Below, in pieces: positions 9,736-22,848 of a DNA stretch of 32,000 bases. Every line of letters begins with the position of its first letter. The first letter of the stretch is position 1. Where the stretch lies: contig MTSL01000159.1 of assembly GCA_002794465.1 (NCBI GenBank), positions 1,298 through 33,297 of the forward strand, given 5' to 3'. A program made the position numbers and the translations under genes. Source of the stretch: Paramicrosporidium saccamoebae KSL3. Its lineage: Eukaryota; Fungi; Cryptomycota. The notes below the pieces were generated by a model, which was not told where the DNA came from, did not search any database, and worked only from the letters and a program-made list of their open reading frames with translations.

Positions 9736-12700
9736 ATGGAACGTAGCTGGCAGGAGTTGCTGGGCCGCATATGTAGCAAAAGTAAGCATAAGAATTTTTG
9801 ATAACCTGCTTGTAGGTGCTCCTTGGTGCATTGAGGAGCTTTCGGCGCTACGGGACCAATTGGAGGTTATACCCACGGCAGCCCAGGGAGAATTTGTGTC
9901 AAAGTTGGTTCCTTGGGCACTGCAGCAGCTAAAGGATGTCAAGGTCAGTCTGGATGGAAATTCTGGAGAGCATTCGGGACGGCTTGCTGTACTCATGGTG
10001 ATGCGTGTATTGCCAACATATATGGAGGCAGTTAGACCTCATGTTGATGCAATCATGCCAGTGCTGCTCAATATCATGACAGACGATGCCGATGACAATG
10101 CTGTCGAGGCGATGCAGCTGTTCACAGAAATGAACAAGACCTATCGTTCTGCCGTTGAGCAATACGTACCTGCGTTTTTGGATTTCATCCTGGAACTCGC
10201 TCGAGATTTTGAGAAAAACTCCATGGCCCAAATATTGGAATCGACCAGACGCGACAGTTCCAAGGATGGAAAGACTCTGTGCATTTCGCGTGAATCTACT
10301 CGCCTTCTTAACGACGCACCGGTGATGATTGTGCTCATTTTCCAACTCCATCGTCGCTTCATTAACGAATACATTCCTCGCTTCGTCCCAGTAGTTGTGC
10401 AACTTTTGGAAGTTGACTCTGAGCGTCCTCCCTGCAATCCACCAGAAATTCGTAGCTTGGAGGATCTCGGAAGGGAAACATTTTCGTCTTCGCGAGGAGC
10501 CTTCAATGAGTACATTTCAACTCAGATCAAGGTACACGCATCTCTTTGTAGGCTGTAATGTTGTTTAGGTCCTTTCATTCTTGGCATATATTGCGCGCGG
10601 CTTCGCACCAACCTTGAGAGAATATAGAGAGACAATTCCAAACATTGTGGTTCGTCTCCTGACGCGATGTCCGCCTGAGGGCGCCCCAGCTCGAAAGGAG
10701 CTTCTTGTTGCAGTGCGGCACATCCTGTCCACCGAACTTCGGCAATCCTTCCTTCCCCATTTGGATACTTTGATGGATGAACGACTGTTATTGGGTGAGG
10801 GCTACACTGCACACTATATATTCCGTCCCGCGGCGTACAGCATGCTGGCTGATTTGATTCACCACGTGCGTCTGGATCTTGATTCCAACATCATTGACCG
10901 TGTTATCGGCATGTATAGCCACGCATTGCACGATCCAACTCTCCCAAACGGCATTCAAACAATGTCCATCAAACTCCTCCTCAACTTGGTAGATGCCATT
11001 GCCAATGAAAAGTTCCCTGCAGCCAAGCGGCGTGACTGCTTTATGAGAATCTTGACGACTCTGCTGCTCAAATTTGAGTGGCTGCAAAAAGTGGTCTCCG
11101 AGCTTTTGATCCTTCGTAAAGCTGGAAGCACATCTTCGCCATTTGATGAACGTCGATATGACCCATTCTTTGATGATCCTCTGCGGGCCAGACCGATTCC
11201 TACGGATAGCCTGGCACTTGATCCCAGTAGAGACAATATCCGAGACCTAAAGTTCCAATTGAAGACTTTGATTAACGGAGTGAAGAATCTGATTCTTGCA
11301 CTTCGCACTACACCAATCTCTGAATCAAACTCTGCCACCAGCTTTACCCCAGAAGAAGGCGAAATGTTCATGGTCAAGCTCTTTCGTGACGGAATCCTCT
11401 GCTTTGAAATCTTTTACTTCAAATTCCCATCAGAAGAGAGTCCCGCTGGTTCCAGCAATTCAATGTCCAGTGCCAATTTGCAGATTGCGTCCACTCAGCC
11501 CAGCACCATTCCGCCTGATGAGAAGGATCTGATGGATCAATTTGGCTACATTTTCACTCTTCTTGATCCTGCGCTATTTAATGATGTAATTTCGTCAAAT
11601 ATGGATTTTTTGATCGAGAGAACCAAGGAGAATATTGCGTTGGTTTCGGTACCGCAGTATTTTTTGGCAATTTCTGGGATATCCAAAGGATTTGCAACTG
11701 TCCTCGCCCGTCACGTCGTTGATCGTTTTGAGGAAGTCGGATCGCCGAACCCCATCGCGGGAGCAGTTATCCTACGCCTATTCAAACTTTTGTTTCTGGC
11801 AGTCTCCGTTTATCCAGAGGAGAATGAATGTGTTCTCCAACCTCATCTGGCCGAAATTATCCTAAGCTGTTTCCGTCACTATCCAAAGGCAGCCACGCCG
11901 GTGAATTACTTTCTTCTGCTGCGATCCCTTTTTAGAAGCATTGGTGGCGGTCGCTTTGACAGTCTGTACAAGGAGGTGCTCCCTCTACTCCAGACGATAC
12001 TCGACGAATTGACGCATCTATCACCGAGTACAGCCGATCCAAGTTTGCGCGACATGTACGTGGAACTGTGTCTGACTACTCCAGTGCGATTGAGCAACTT
12101 GCTTCCGTTCCTATCATATCTTATGAAGCCCGTCTTGCTCGCCCTCCAATCCGGCACTGATCTGGTCAATCAAGGACTACGTACTTTTGAACTTTGCATC
12201 GACAACTTGACTCCAGATTTCCTCGAGCCGATTCTGGCACCCGTCTTTACTGACATTCTCAGCTGTTTGTGGAAGATGTTGAAGCCACCTCCAGCCAATC
12301 AGCTACACTCCCACACTGCAGTTCGCCTGTTGGGCAAATTGGGCGGTAAATCGCAACGATTCCTCACAACGCCTCCCTCGTATGCACACCGAAAAGCGGT
12401 TGGTTCTGGATTATTTTTTGAATTTCGATTCGACTTGCCTCCAGTAAAGACTATCCGTGTCCCATGTGATTCCATCGCACGCATAGCCATGTTTACTATC
12501 AATTCTCCAAATCGTAATCACGATGCCCGTTTCCAGGCTCTCGACTTTTTAAAGCGTACCATGGCGAGCATTTTGGGCAGATATGGCGTGCGGGAGAACT
12601 TGGAGGGGATCCAAGAGCGTCTGGCTTTGCTAAGGAGCCCTCCATCAACCAAGGAGCATTTGGATTCACTAAAGAGTCCTTCATCGTCTAAAAACGAGGC

Positions 12701-15700
12701 TGATCTGCTGGATGAGGGGAATGCCATGGCCCATGGCCTCGATATTCGTTTCTTAATGGAGGCAAACAGTGATCCTAATGATGGCACCATTGTTACTGAC
12801 GAGGCCAGCCGCCAGCTGCTCTGTGAAGTCGTGTGTGCCCTGTTTGATGCCTACGTCCAGCCAGAGTTGAGGGGCGATATTTCTGTGCTGTTAATCAGCT
12901 TTTATCGTCTAATCGTCCTCGCCTACCTTTCAAGAAATGATCAACAACAGCGTGTGCTTAGATGCATGGACTTTGACGTCTTGACAGACATCATGATGGA
13001 GTATACTACGGTCCAAAACGAGTCTCAGGCAACATTGGCATGGGATATCCTCTGTGGGATTCACGAGCAATATTCCCTGTGCATTCCCGACCGTGAAGTT
13101 CAGTTTGAACACAAAGTCCTGTTCCTGGTGGCCGACAAGGTAATTAGCGCATGCTTCCGCACAAACACCTGGCAACGCGTGGCTGCCTGTCGTACTATTT
13201 CGCATCTCTGTGACCTGGATCTGAGCCTGCGATTCTACTGGCACCATCAGATCCGCCTGATCCGCGGTGTTTTGTATGTGATGAAGTCCCTGCCTTCTGG
13301 AGCATCATCAAAGTACAGCGAAGAACTGACGGGTGTTGTTTTCAAGGTTCTCCGTCTGGCTAATCGTATTGATAAGAGCGACAAAAATTCACGAACCGAG
13401 GAATTTATGACACAGCACCAACAGTACTTTGACCAGGTCATGCTGGCCTTGGTCACTGAACTGTCTAACCCAAATGCCGTGGTCCGAGACGCAGTCAAGG
13501 CATCATTCCAACTTCTCAGTGACATCCAAGGATGCGAAGTCACTGATCTGCTGACTCCATTGAAAAGCCGAGTTTATGGTCCAATCTTTTCCAAACCTCT
13601 GCGTGCCCTCCCTCTTCATGTGCAAGTGGGCTACATTGATGCAATTACCTACTGCTTGGCACTTCGTCCGCCTCTCCTTGAGCTCCATGAAGAATTATTG
13701 CGACTTGTGAATGAGGCTGTCACAGTAATCGAGGCGGAAGATTCTACTTTAGTGTCCCGTGCTACGCAAGCACATAATGCTACCAACCTTTTGAGTCTCC
13801 GACTGGTCTGCATTAAACTCTTGTCCACGTGTCTTTCAAGTGCAGAATTTCAGCAAGCTCGTCTCCACCCCCTCCGCAACCAGATTGTCTCCGTCTTCTT
13901 CAAGACCCTTTATGCCCGTCAACCGGAGCTGGTGGACGTTTCTCGTGCTGCACTTGAGCAAGTCATGGCACAACAACATAAGCTTCCCACAGAACTCTTG
14001 CAAAACGGCCTTCGTCCTGTACTCCAGAGTCTTGGGGAGCCTCGACACTTGAATCTATCTGCAGTTGAGGGTCTTCGGCGCATTCTTCAACTCTTTTCGC
14101 ACTTTTTCAAGGCCGAGATTGGACGCAAACTTTTGGATCATCTTCATGCATGGGCAGATCAGCAAGCTAACGAGGCAAACAGCAAGGCGCCTCATCTGGA
14201 TGGCGCTGAAGTAAAGGTCATCACTGCTATCATGGAACTCTTCTGTCTATTACCTTCGTGTGGACAATTATTCATGGGCGATCTTGTCCAAGTTGTGTTG
14301 CAGCTAGAAGCTGTGCTGAAGCGTCGTGCCTCGTCTCCATTTAGACCTGTCCTGTTGCGCTTCATGGAGCTGTACTCTCAGGACGCTGTTTCGTATCTTT
14401 CCGAGAATATTACCAATGAATCTGTGGTCTCTCTCTTTGCTGCAATTCTCTGCTTGCCATTAGCCAACAAGGTGACTATTGAGCTGTCCAAATCCTTTGA
14501 AATAATTTCAGCGGCATTCCATTCAGAAAATTGCAATGTAGAAATCCGGATCCGCTATCTCATCCTCTTCCGTCAATATCTTTTGAAACACGCCGCCCTT
14601 TTGTCGGAAGCAAACGTTCAGCTGTTTGGGGGATACATTACAAAGTTTTGGGCTTTTCTCGTGTCTTCTGGAGGAAGATTCTCAGAAGCGATTCCCGTGG
14701 TGGCAAATCTATCAGCAGCCAATCCGCTGGAAAATTTGGTAGCAAAGTTGATTGGCGAAGTTACAACACTCTTTGTGAGCGCACATCCTGGACAGCTTGA
14801 CTGTGCATTTTCGCTGCTGAAAATCTTCCGTTTACCTCAGGTAATGGATGCAACCGATCTTCCTGCATTCTTCCGCGGCTGGCTGCGAAAGTGCTCGCCA
14901 TCCCTTCTCCGCGAAATCCATATCAAATGGCTTCGTCTCTACAGTGATCCCGAGACACACTTCACCACAAAGGAAAGATCAACTCGTCTTCTAATCCAGC
15001 CCTTTATGTCGGAAATAGATAGATTTTCAGATGCTGAAAGGGATATGATATTGGATGACGAGGTCTTTTCCTTGATCGACAAGGCCATCTGGCACCGCGA
15101 TTGTCGGGCGTGTGAAAATGGATCCTGTGTTGTTGCGGTGGAAGAGTTGCAGCTGACAGTTCTTTTGATGAATTCGATGAAGAAACATTGGCCCAAGCGT
15201 GCTGCTCAATATCAAGGCCGAATCAATTCCTTCCTGTTGAATCGCGTGCAATCTCTAGATTGTTCCGTGCGCTATTCTGCCTTGTACACTTTTGGTCTGG
15301 CTTTGGTAGAGTCAAAAGCTCCGCCGCAAGATTTGCTGCACGTCGTCTCGGCTCTGTTGTGTGCCCCTACCGCCGATATTAGAGCAATCCTAAAGTTGAG
15401 CTTTGACTTGTTCCTCCCATATCTTGCCAATCAAGGAAAGGATATCCAGGGACAGCTTGTTGGAAAGGTCGTCAGTTGTCTCTCCAAGGATGTATTTCTG
15501 ATGACTCTGGTCCTGTCGCTCTGGCAGTCAATTGGTCAGTATTCCGAGGAAATCTATCCCATTGCTGCCGACCTAATGCCCGCCTTGGTGACTTCCTTCT
15601 CTCGGTGTGGCCCCATGGCATTCTCAGCTGCCGATAGCCGCCCGATTACTCTGGATATTGCAAGCACTCTGTTTTCCTGGCACTCTCGATTGGGAAAATC

Positions 15701-18700
15701 TTCTCCGTTTCACAAAAATTCGCATCTATCAGATTTGATGGTCAACAGTCTTGTCCGGATCCTCTGTGCATTGCCTGACTATTCAGACACTTCCATCTTT
15801 AATCGCGGAATAGGAATCCTTGAACTGTATTTGAGGGAATTCTGTAAAAGTGACAGTCTCCTGCGTCTCTCTAGCTTGGAAAGAATGTTGGGCCCTGTGG
15901 AAAGTCAGGAGGAACAGCACGTTCCCATGATCATTTGTGGTGTCCAGGTGCTGAACTGCATTTTTCGAAATCGCGGACCCCTTCTGATCTTGTCTGACCT
16001 TACTCAGTATGAACGCTGGATCCGTTTGCTGCTCGAGCGATGTCCCGGGAAGGTGTTGGAGTCTTTTGGGGAATTACTATCCACCATATTTTACAAAATC
16101 TCCCAAGACGATATGCCTCCCTCCCCGGTGGAGGATTTGAGAGATTCAATCGTCGCCTCGGTTTTGGAAGGGCTGAATGCGGGCCGCAATATCCCCATCT
16201 GTTTTGCTGCCTTAAAGGCGGATTCGAGCGATATGATGCCGCCAGACACCATTTTGCCTGCTTTTGCTCGATCTTTCCAGCGCGCTGTTCGCGATCATAT
16301 TTCTCGTCAGGATTCGACCACGAGCGCGAACCCCTCAGACATTCAGTCTGCGCAACATTTTTGTAATCAAGTCCTCATTCCCGGTTTGGAATACGGAGTA
16401 AGACATATTGCACATTCAGATTTGCCGCGGAGCATCTTCCTGGGCTCGATGCAAACCCTGTGGGAGCACAATGCGGATTCCGAGTTGATGCGAATCTTGC
16501 TTACTCAAGTATTAACTTGGGTGCGTTCGTCTGATCCTGTGCCTTCACTGCGAGACAAAGTTGAGCTTTTATTAGTTCCCTGCAAGTCGGATTCTCTGAA
16601 TGATTGTCACTTGATGGAAATTTTTTTGGACATTACATTTGAAATTTACTCAAAGTCCACTTATGCCAAAACCGAGCTGCGATCAAGACTTGAGGGCGCC
16701 TTCATAAGGGGCCTGAGAAGTGACAATGACGCTAAACGACACGCATTCACAGATCTTTTAGACTCTAGTATTCCTCGTAATGTCCTGGCAAGACTGAGAC
16801 ACATCTTTGAAACTCAGAGGTGGGAATTGGCAGGATCTCATTACTGGATTCCAATGGCCATTGAGCGGCTTCTTGAGGCAGCGTCTGAAAACGGCCCCAC
16901 AGTGGCGCCCATGGATAGCTTCGAAATGTCCCCCGAATGGTTGGAGCGCAATTCGACCGTTTGCAGTGCAATTATCCCCTTATTCAACATGCTAGGAACG
17001 GTTGCAAAGAGTTCTACCCGTGAGCATGTGAGAAATATTGGGACATTGGCATCAATGGATAATAGTCTTGCTCATGGTTTGTGGATCTCATTGTTCCCTG
17101 CGATATGGTCTGAATTGGGTCCTGATAGTCATACTTATATGAACGGACGACTAACCCGAATAATTGCCAATGATTCTTTCCTCTGTCAAGCTCGCTTGAG
17201 ACCAAATGTCGTAAAGTCTCTTGTTGAATCTCTCTTGACATGTCAACCTCTTCCCTCTGTTCCGCCATTTTTGATTGCCTATGCTATGCGCACGTATGCA
17301 ACATGGTACTCTGGCTGTTTGTATTTGGAAAAGCTTTTTGAAAAGACTCCCGTCGATGTAAACCCCTCTGATGCGGCGACAAAGGAGCAGCCTTGGTCAG
17401 AGTTGGTGTCTTCCATGGGAGCAATGTACCGTGAGCTCGGAGAAAATGACTTTATGTTTGGGGCTTTTCGACGCGGATTCTTGTTGAATGAGACGAATAT
17501 TGCACTGTCGTTTGATCAAATGGACATTTGGCCGCAATCTCAAAAGCTGATTGAGGGAGCCATGTCAAAATGTCGCGCCGGAACCGTGCCATTTTCTGAA
17601 GCAGAGTTTTCGGTTTGGGAGGAACGTTGGATTGCAGAAGCCAAGGAGCTGCAACAATGGGATCTGCTGACTGATATCTCTCGCGCCGATATGGACGCTG
17701 AGCTTGGGCTTGAGTGTCTTTGGAGGTTGGCGGATTGGGGCTCAAGCGACACACACACTGCTGCTGCCAATCTGATAAAGTCTTGCCCAGAACCTACTTC
17801 GCGTCTCAAATTCTTCGAAGCATTCCTGACAGTCACTCAAAACCGCGAACAGTCTGATCGATTTAATCATTTCCAGACTTTGGTGGAAGAAGCACTTCAG
17901 CTGGCCTTGAATGAGTGGCAAATGTTGCCGCCTCATCCTTGCCCTGCCCATGCGCAAATTCTTCATAATTTCCAAATGTTGGTTGAAATTCAAGAAAGTC
18001 TCGCGCTTTATTCCAACCTCGCCCCCGCTGGTGGAGGAGCCTCTAATTTGTCGCGGCCCCAGTTCTTGGCTGATTTGAAGGGACTGCTTACTGCTTGGAG
18101 AGAGAGGTTGCCCAATTCCTGGGACGGAATGAACTTTTGGAGCGACATTTTGGCATGGAGACAGCATGTCTTCTCCGCCATCAATTCCGCCTTTGCTCCC
18201 CTCGCCTCAGAGTCTTCCACCGTTGGAGTGAATCCTCAAGGACAGGCTGCATCTGGAGCAAATCCCTCCTCAACCCATCCATTCGCATTCCGTGGATACC
18301 ATGAGATGGCTTGGCTTATTAATCGTTTCGCCCATGTTGCTCGCAAAAACAACATGACCGATGTCTGCTTATCCTTCTTGAATCGGATCTATACTCTGCC
18401 TAATATTGAGATCCAAGATGCATTCTTGAAGCTTCGTGAGCAGGCCAAGTGCTACATGGATACTCCCGCCGACTTGCCGACTGCACTTGAAGTGGTGAAT
18501 GCCACAAATTTAAACTATTTCAGCGGACTTCAGAAGGGCGAGTTTTTTGCACTCCGTTCGGTTATACTCTCGAGACTCGGAATGGTGGAAGAGGCAAACC
18601 GTGTATTTGCTCAAGCAGTCCAAATTGACTTGAATATGGGCCACGGTTGGGCGGCCTGGGGACGTTTCAATGATCAGCGATTTAGCCAGCAACAAGACAT

Positions 18701-21023
18701 TAATCTTGCAGTCAATGCAATCAACTGCTATCTCCAAGCTGCCACTTTGTTCAAGGCTCACAAGTCAAGGAGATTCTTGGCCAGGATTTTGTGGCTGCTA
18801 ACATTTGAGGATTCTACCGGGAGCCTGGGAAAATCTTTTGAAATGTACAATCACGATCTTCCAACATGGTTCTGGGTTTCGTTTGTCCCTCAATTGCTTG
18901 CTTCGCTTGCACGTAAGGAACAAAGACAGGCTCGGTTTGTATTGATCAAGATTGCAAAGAATTATCCCCAGGCATTGTATTTACCACTCCGTACGTTCCA
19001 CGAGGACTGTCGTCTACAATATGGGTCTCGTCTCGGCCTTGGTGGAACAGGTACCGATAATTGGGTTTATTGATTAATTGTAGACATCAAATCGCCCACT
19101 CCTTCAAATTCCCAGTCCCAGATCATGCCTCCTCCTTCGCAAAATCAAATGGCCAACGCGTCCCCCCATATATCGCAGTCCCCATTCCCACCAGGTACTG
19201 GGGAAAATTCTCAAGGCGATCCTGCTACCCATTCAAGAAAGCATCCATTTGAATCAGCAGAGGACTTGTTGTCGATTTTGAAAACAGGGTATCCGCTTTT
19301 AGCACTTACTATGGAAAATGCCATGGAACACATTGTCCATCGTCTTCGTTCTAGTGTTGATGAAGACTTTTATCGAGTCCTGACTTCATTGATTGGCGAG
19401 GCCTATCAACATATTATGAATCGCATCGCGGGTCATGGCGGCGCAGCTGGCCAAACGAATGCATTGATGGAGGCCTCGCTCCGTAGAGTATTCACAATGA
19501 TTTGCAACTCTTCTTCGCTGAGCCCCATTTACAAGGCCGAGTTTGAGAGAGATTTTATGGTTGTAGAATCATCAGATCCCAATTCTGTACTGGGTCGTCT
19601 GTTCATGTGGCGCAACAAGTTGGAGCCCAGTTTGAAGCGTCACCCACGTCAGTTAGTTTTGGATGGACTGAGCAGATTCTTGGCAGAATTCGAATACCAC
19701 CGCTACGATGAGATTGATGTGCCAGGACAGTATCTCCTGATGCGTGACGGGAATCAAGACTTTGTTAAAATTGACAAATTTGACGCATTGGTTCCCGTAG
19801 TCCGTCGCCATGGAACCTCTTATCGTCGGCTTGTTATTCGTGGCTCTGATGGTCAATTGTATCCATTCGCAGTTCAAAATCCGGCTGGCCGTCAAACGAG
19901 GAGAGAAGAGCGCGTCCTTCAATTGTTAAGATTCCTAGATGTGGCTTTGAAGCGAAGTCTCGATGGTCGTCGGCGCAACCTTTATTTTAATGTCCCAGCC
20001 GTGGTCCCTATATCCGCCCATGTCCGCCTGGTTGCCGATGATCCAGCACATGTCACCTTTGAGGAGATCTTTGAGTGGTTCTGCGAACAGCGAAAAGTGT
20101 CTTGCGACCAAGTCTTCCTGTACTTTAAAGAGCAGATCTTGTCGGAATTGCCCCATATCAGTCAGGAAGCCCCCAGAATGAATGTAGAGCTGCTTAATCT
20201 ACGGACGGATCTATTTACTAGTATTATTTCTACAATTGTTCCCAGTACCATCTTGACGAAATACATGGATCAAATGACGCTCTTTGCTGCTGAACGGTGG
20301 GTTTATCGTCGCGATTTCATCCGTCAACTCGGCACCAATCTGTTCCAAAACTACATATTTTCCATCGGACACCGATTTTTGCACAAGATTGGCTTCTCAA
20401 AGAAGAGTACGGCAGCTATTCAGACCGAAGTTTTGCCAAGTAAGATTTTTAGCCAGTAGCTTAATGATTTAGTGGTTACGGCGTCTGGTCAAATCTCACT
20501 CATTGAAATCGTTCCCTTCCGATTTACCCCAAATCTGCAAGAGTATGTCACGTCGATTGGGACTGATGGAGTTCTCCTGTCATCCATTGTATCATGTGGT
20601 CGGCATCTCTCCAAGGCCGACTCGGATCTGAATGAGTTCCTGTCAGTATTTGTAAGGGATGAACTTCTTCTTTGGTATCTAAACTACTGCTCTATACAGC
20701 AACAGCAGCAGAACGGAACTGAGAATGGAGAAAGTCAACCTTCCAATACCACCAAGCCGGGCCCAATGATTGGGGAAATTGTAGAAAATCCATTTGAACG
20801 ACTAGAAGCAGCCGGAATTGATGAAAAGACCTTCTTCTCTCGAGTCCAGCAAAATTGCGAGCTGATTATGAAAAGAACGCAGACTCTTTCTTGCATCAAA
20901 GAGCAGGAGCAAGTGTCAGAGCATCCAGCACCTTTATTCCAAACTGTCCTGGATCTGCTATCATCTGCTACAAACCCACAAAAATTGGCTCAAATGGATG
21001 GCCATTGGCATCCTTGGTTCTAA
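9736..21023 (+). CDS. TRA1: Tra1/TRRAP pseudokinase PIKK (SAGA/NuA4 subunit), ~3716 aa; exons 9736-9781, 9816-10531, 10569-19050, 19084-20439, 20473-21023
   Basis: Tra1 motifs QIK|VLSFLAYI, RKELLVAVRHIL, YFLLLRSLFRSIGGGRF, ELCLTTPVRLSNLLP, QGLRTFELCIDNL and FRGYHEMAWLINRFAHVARK. The PI3K-like domain is degenerate (no DRH/N/DFG) and the FATC ends DGHWHPWF*. Introns of 34, 37, 33 and 33 nt join four track ORFs in frame. Confidence 0.97.
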
Positions 21024-21057
21024 TCTTAAAATTTAATAAATGTATGTTGTTGTCGCT

Positions 21058-21756
21058 ATGAGACAGAGAATGCCAAATGCAACGTTATATGTCCATGTCC
21101 GCCGGAGATTTGTATCTCAGCTTCTGAACGGAGAGTTTTTGAATTTATCATGTGCAAGCCGGGAAACTCTGGACATTATAAGGGATCATTTTTCAATACG
21201 CCCAGATTTTGTTTCGGAAAAGGAACATTCTGATTTGGTTGAAGAAGCAAGGCTTGCCCTGAGAAAAACCAGCTGGAGTAAAGACCATTTCGATTCTGTA
21301 ATTCACCACTATCGTGAGGTATCGACTAGCCAAATTGGACGACTTCCTTGTCTCCAAAAGATTTACCAGACCAGGATCCTCCCAGCGTTCTTTCCGAACA
21401 GCCGCCCTTTGGATCCTCACATTCTTGAATTGGCTCCTGATGGATACATTCTGCCACATCTTGACAATGTAAAACGCACTTTATCATTTTAGTGACTGTA
21501 GTATTGTGGAAGTACAATAGTTGGCTTATCTTTGTTGTCGACACGCATCATGCGTTTTCGGCGTGCAAATAACCACGATGACTATTTTGAAGTAACCTTG
21601 CCGCCTCGATCAGCATACGTGCAAAAGTACGACTCCTCTCAGGTGAAAAGATAATTGTCTAGAGAGGCGATTCGATTTCACTTTGAGCATGAGATCAGGC
21701 CGGCAGAGTGTACAGAGTCTAGGATTTCTTTTCTATTCAGAGAACTACTATTGTGA
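21058..21756 (+). CDS. ALKBH7: AlkB-family Fe(II)/2OG dioxygenase, ALKBH7-like (start 21040/21058/21070 uncertain); introns ~21469-21501 and 21627-21662
   Basis: HFDSVIHHYRE, HILELAPDGYILPHLD, CGSTIVGLSLLS, IRFHFEHEI and RISFLFR match the ALKBH7 pattern (HxD...H...R). Confidence 0.85.
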
Positions 21757-21850
21757 GTTTTGTAAAAGCCTTCTATTGGTGTTTTGTGACGTAAAGGATC
21801 GATCAATTGGGTATTCGAGGATGACTCTCTAGTTTAGAGAAGACATATTT

Positions 21851-21998
21851 GTGTGATAAAGTGGACTGATTAGCTGGAGATTATAGAATTATCATGTTAT
21901 TTGTGAAGCTACAAATAGGCTGTTGGATTAACAGCGAACCGGTTCCGCATGACAAAGTTTGTGGTATCATCCCCACTACGCGACATTTTGGTCCATTA
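21851..21998. ncRNA. Unassigned structured element, copy B (paralogue of 8..154)
   Basis: Same conserved blocks and orientation as copy A. It sits in the 368-nt convergent gap between ALKBH7 and MBIP. Confidence 0.5.
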
Positions 21999-22124
21999 TA
22001 TATATTGACTCTCACACAGTGAGACTTGTAGTAAATGTTCTTGATTGGACATCCTAGTCCGTAGATACATCCTCTCTCAAGAATCTCGTGTCTTCTAAAG
22101 GCTATTCAATACAAAAATAAACAT

Positions 22125-22805
22125 CTATTTAGTCTGTTTTAGTAGTCTACTTCGAAGCTCGCTCATTCTTCGCTTCAACTCTCCCAAAGATGAGTCGTCT
22201 ACAGCGTCTGAATCTTCTTCCACCTCTTGGACAGCATCTTCTTTAACCCTTTTCTTACTTGCAGCGTTGCTGGTGGTACCAGGTAATTTTGATACCCGCC
22301 CACCAGGACGAGCGCTGGCCTCCGCTTCGGCCCTCCCGTAGTTAAACACGCGAGACGCAATCTGAGGATAAAACATCTCAATCTTTAGAATTTTATCTTC
22401 GAGGACTTTCACCCTCTCCACCAGCGACCTGTCCAAAGGTGCCACGACGATCCCGAGGTGAGTCTCAATATTCCTCACGCGCTCCTCCAGGCCGTTGAAA
22501 ACTGGACGGTCGGAGATATCGTGCGAAACGACAATTCCATGAGGAGATACAAGCTTTCCACAGGTCGAAGAAATTACAGATCGGCTCAGCGGGCCATCTT
22601 GGTTATCCACAACACTTGAGCGGATATGACTTTCCTTATTTATGAGCCTTGTATTCAGCCGTGCTGGTAGGCCAGAGTCCTCAACGGTTTCTATAAATTC
22701 TTCTTGATTTTGGCGGCCTATAAGCTCGCCTTTGTCCTTAATAAAAGCCGCGATTTCTTCTGTAAGATTTACGACTGGCGCGTCGTCCTGTATGCTGGCG
22801 TCCAT
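22125..22805 (-). CDS. MBIP: MBIP (MAP3K12-binding inhibitory protein)-like protein; start ATG 22805 or 22850; intronless
   Basis: EIAAFIKDKGELIGRQNQEEFI, SHIRSSVVDNQDGP and LEERVRNIETHLGIVVAPLDRSLVERVKVLEDKILKIEMFYP recall the MBIP blocks IEAFI..K..EINENN.REF, SH.K.S.VVN..GP and EERL.NIE.HL...P...Y.RIK.LEDKIL.LE..SP. Recognised from memory, not searched. Confidence 0.75.
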   Translation of the reverse strand: MDASIQDDAPVVNLTEEIAAFIKDKGELIGRQNQEEFIETVEDSGLPARLNTRLINKESHIRSSVVDNQDGPLSRSVISSTCGKLVSPHGIVVSHDISDRPVFNGLEERVRNIETHLGIVVAPLDRSLVERVKVLEDKILKIEMFYPQIASRVFNYGRAEAEASARPGGRVSKLPGTTSNAASKKRVKEDAVQEVEEDSDAVDDSSLGELKRRMSELRSRLLKQTK

Positions 22806-22848
22806 GCTCACTGTGATTGGTGAAACCCTGGCGGGAACTCCAAGTCTC

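Noticed and set aside
2410-20181. Numerous 60-170-aa antisense or alternate-frame ORFs inside TOR and TRA1 (and similar ones in other genes)
   Set aside because: Shadow ORFs of long coding regions, with no recognisable motifs and often non-ATG starts.
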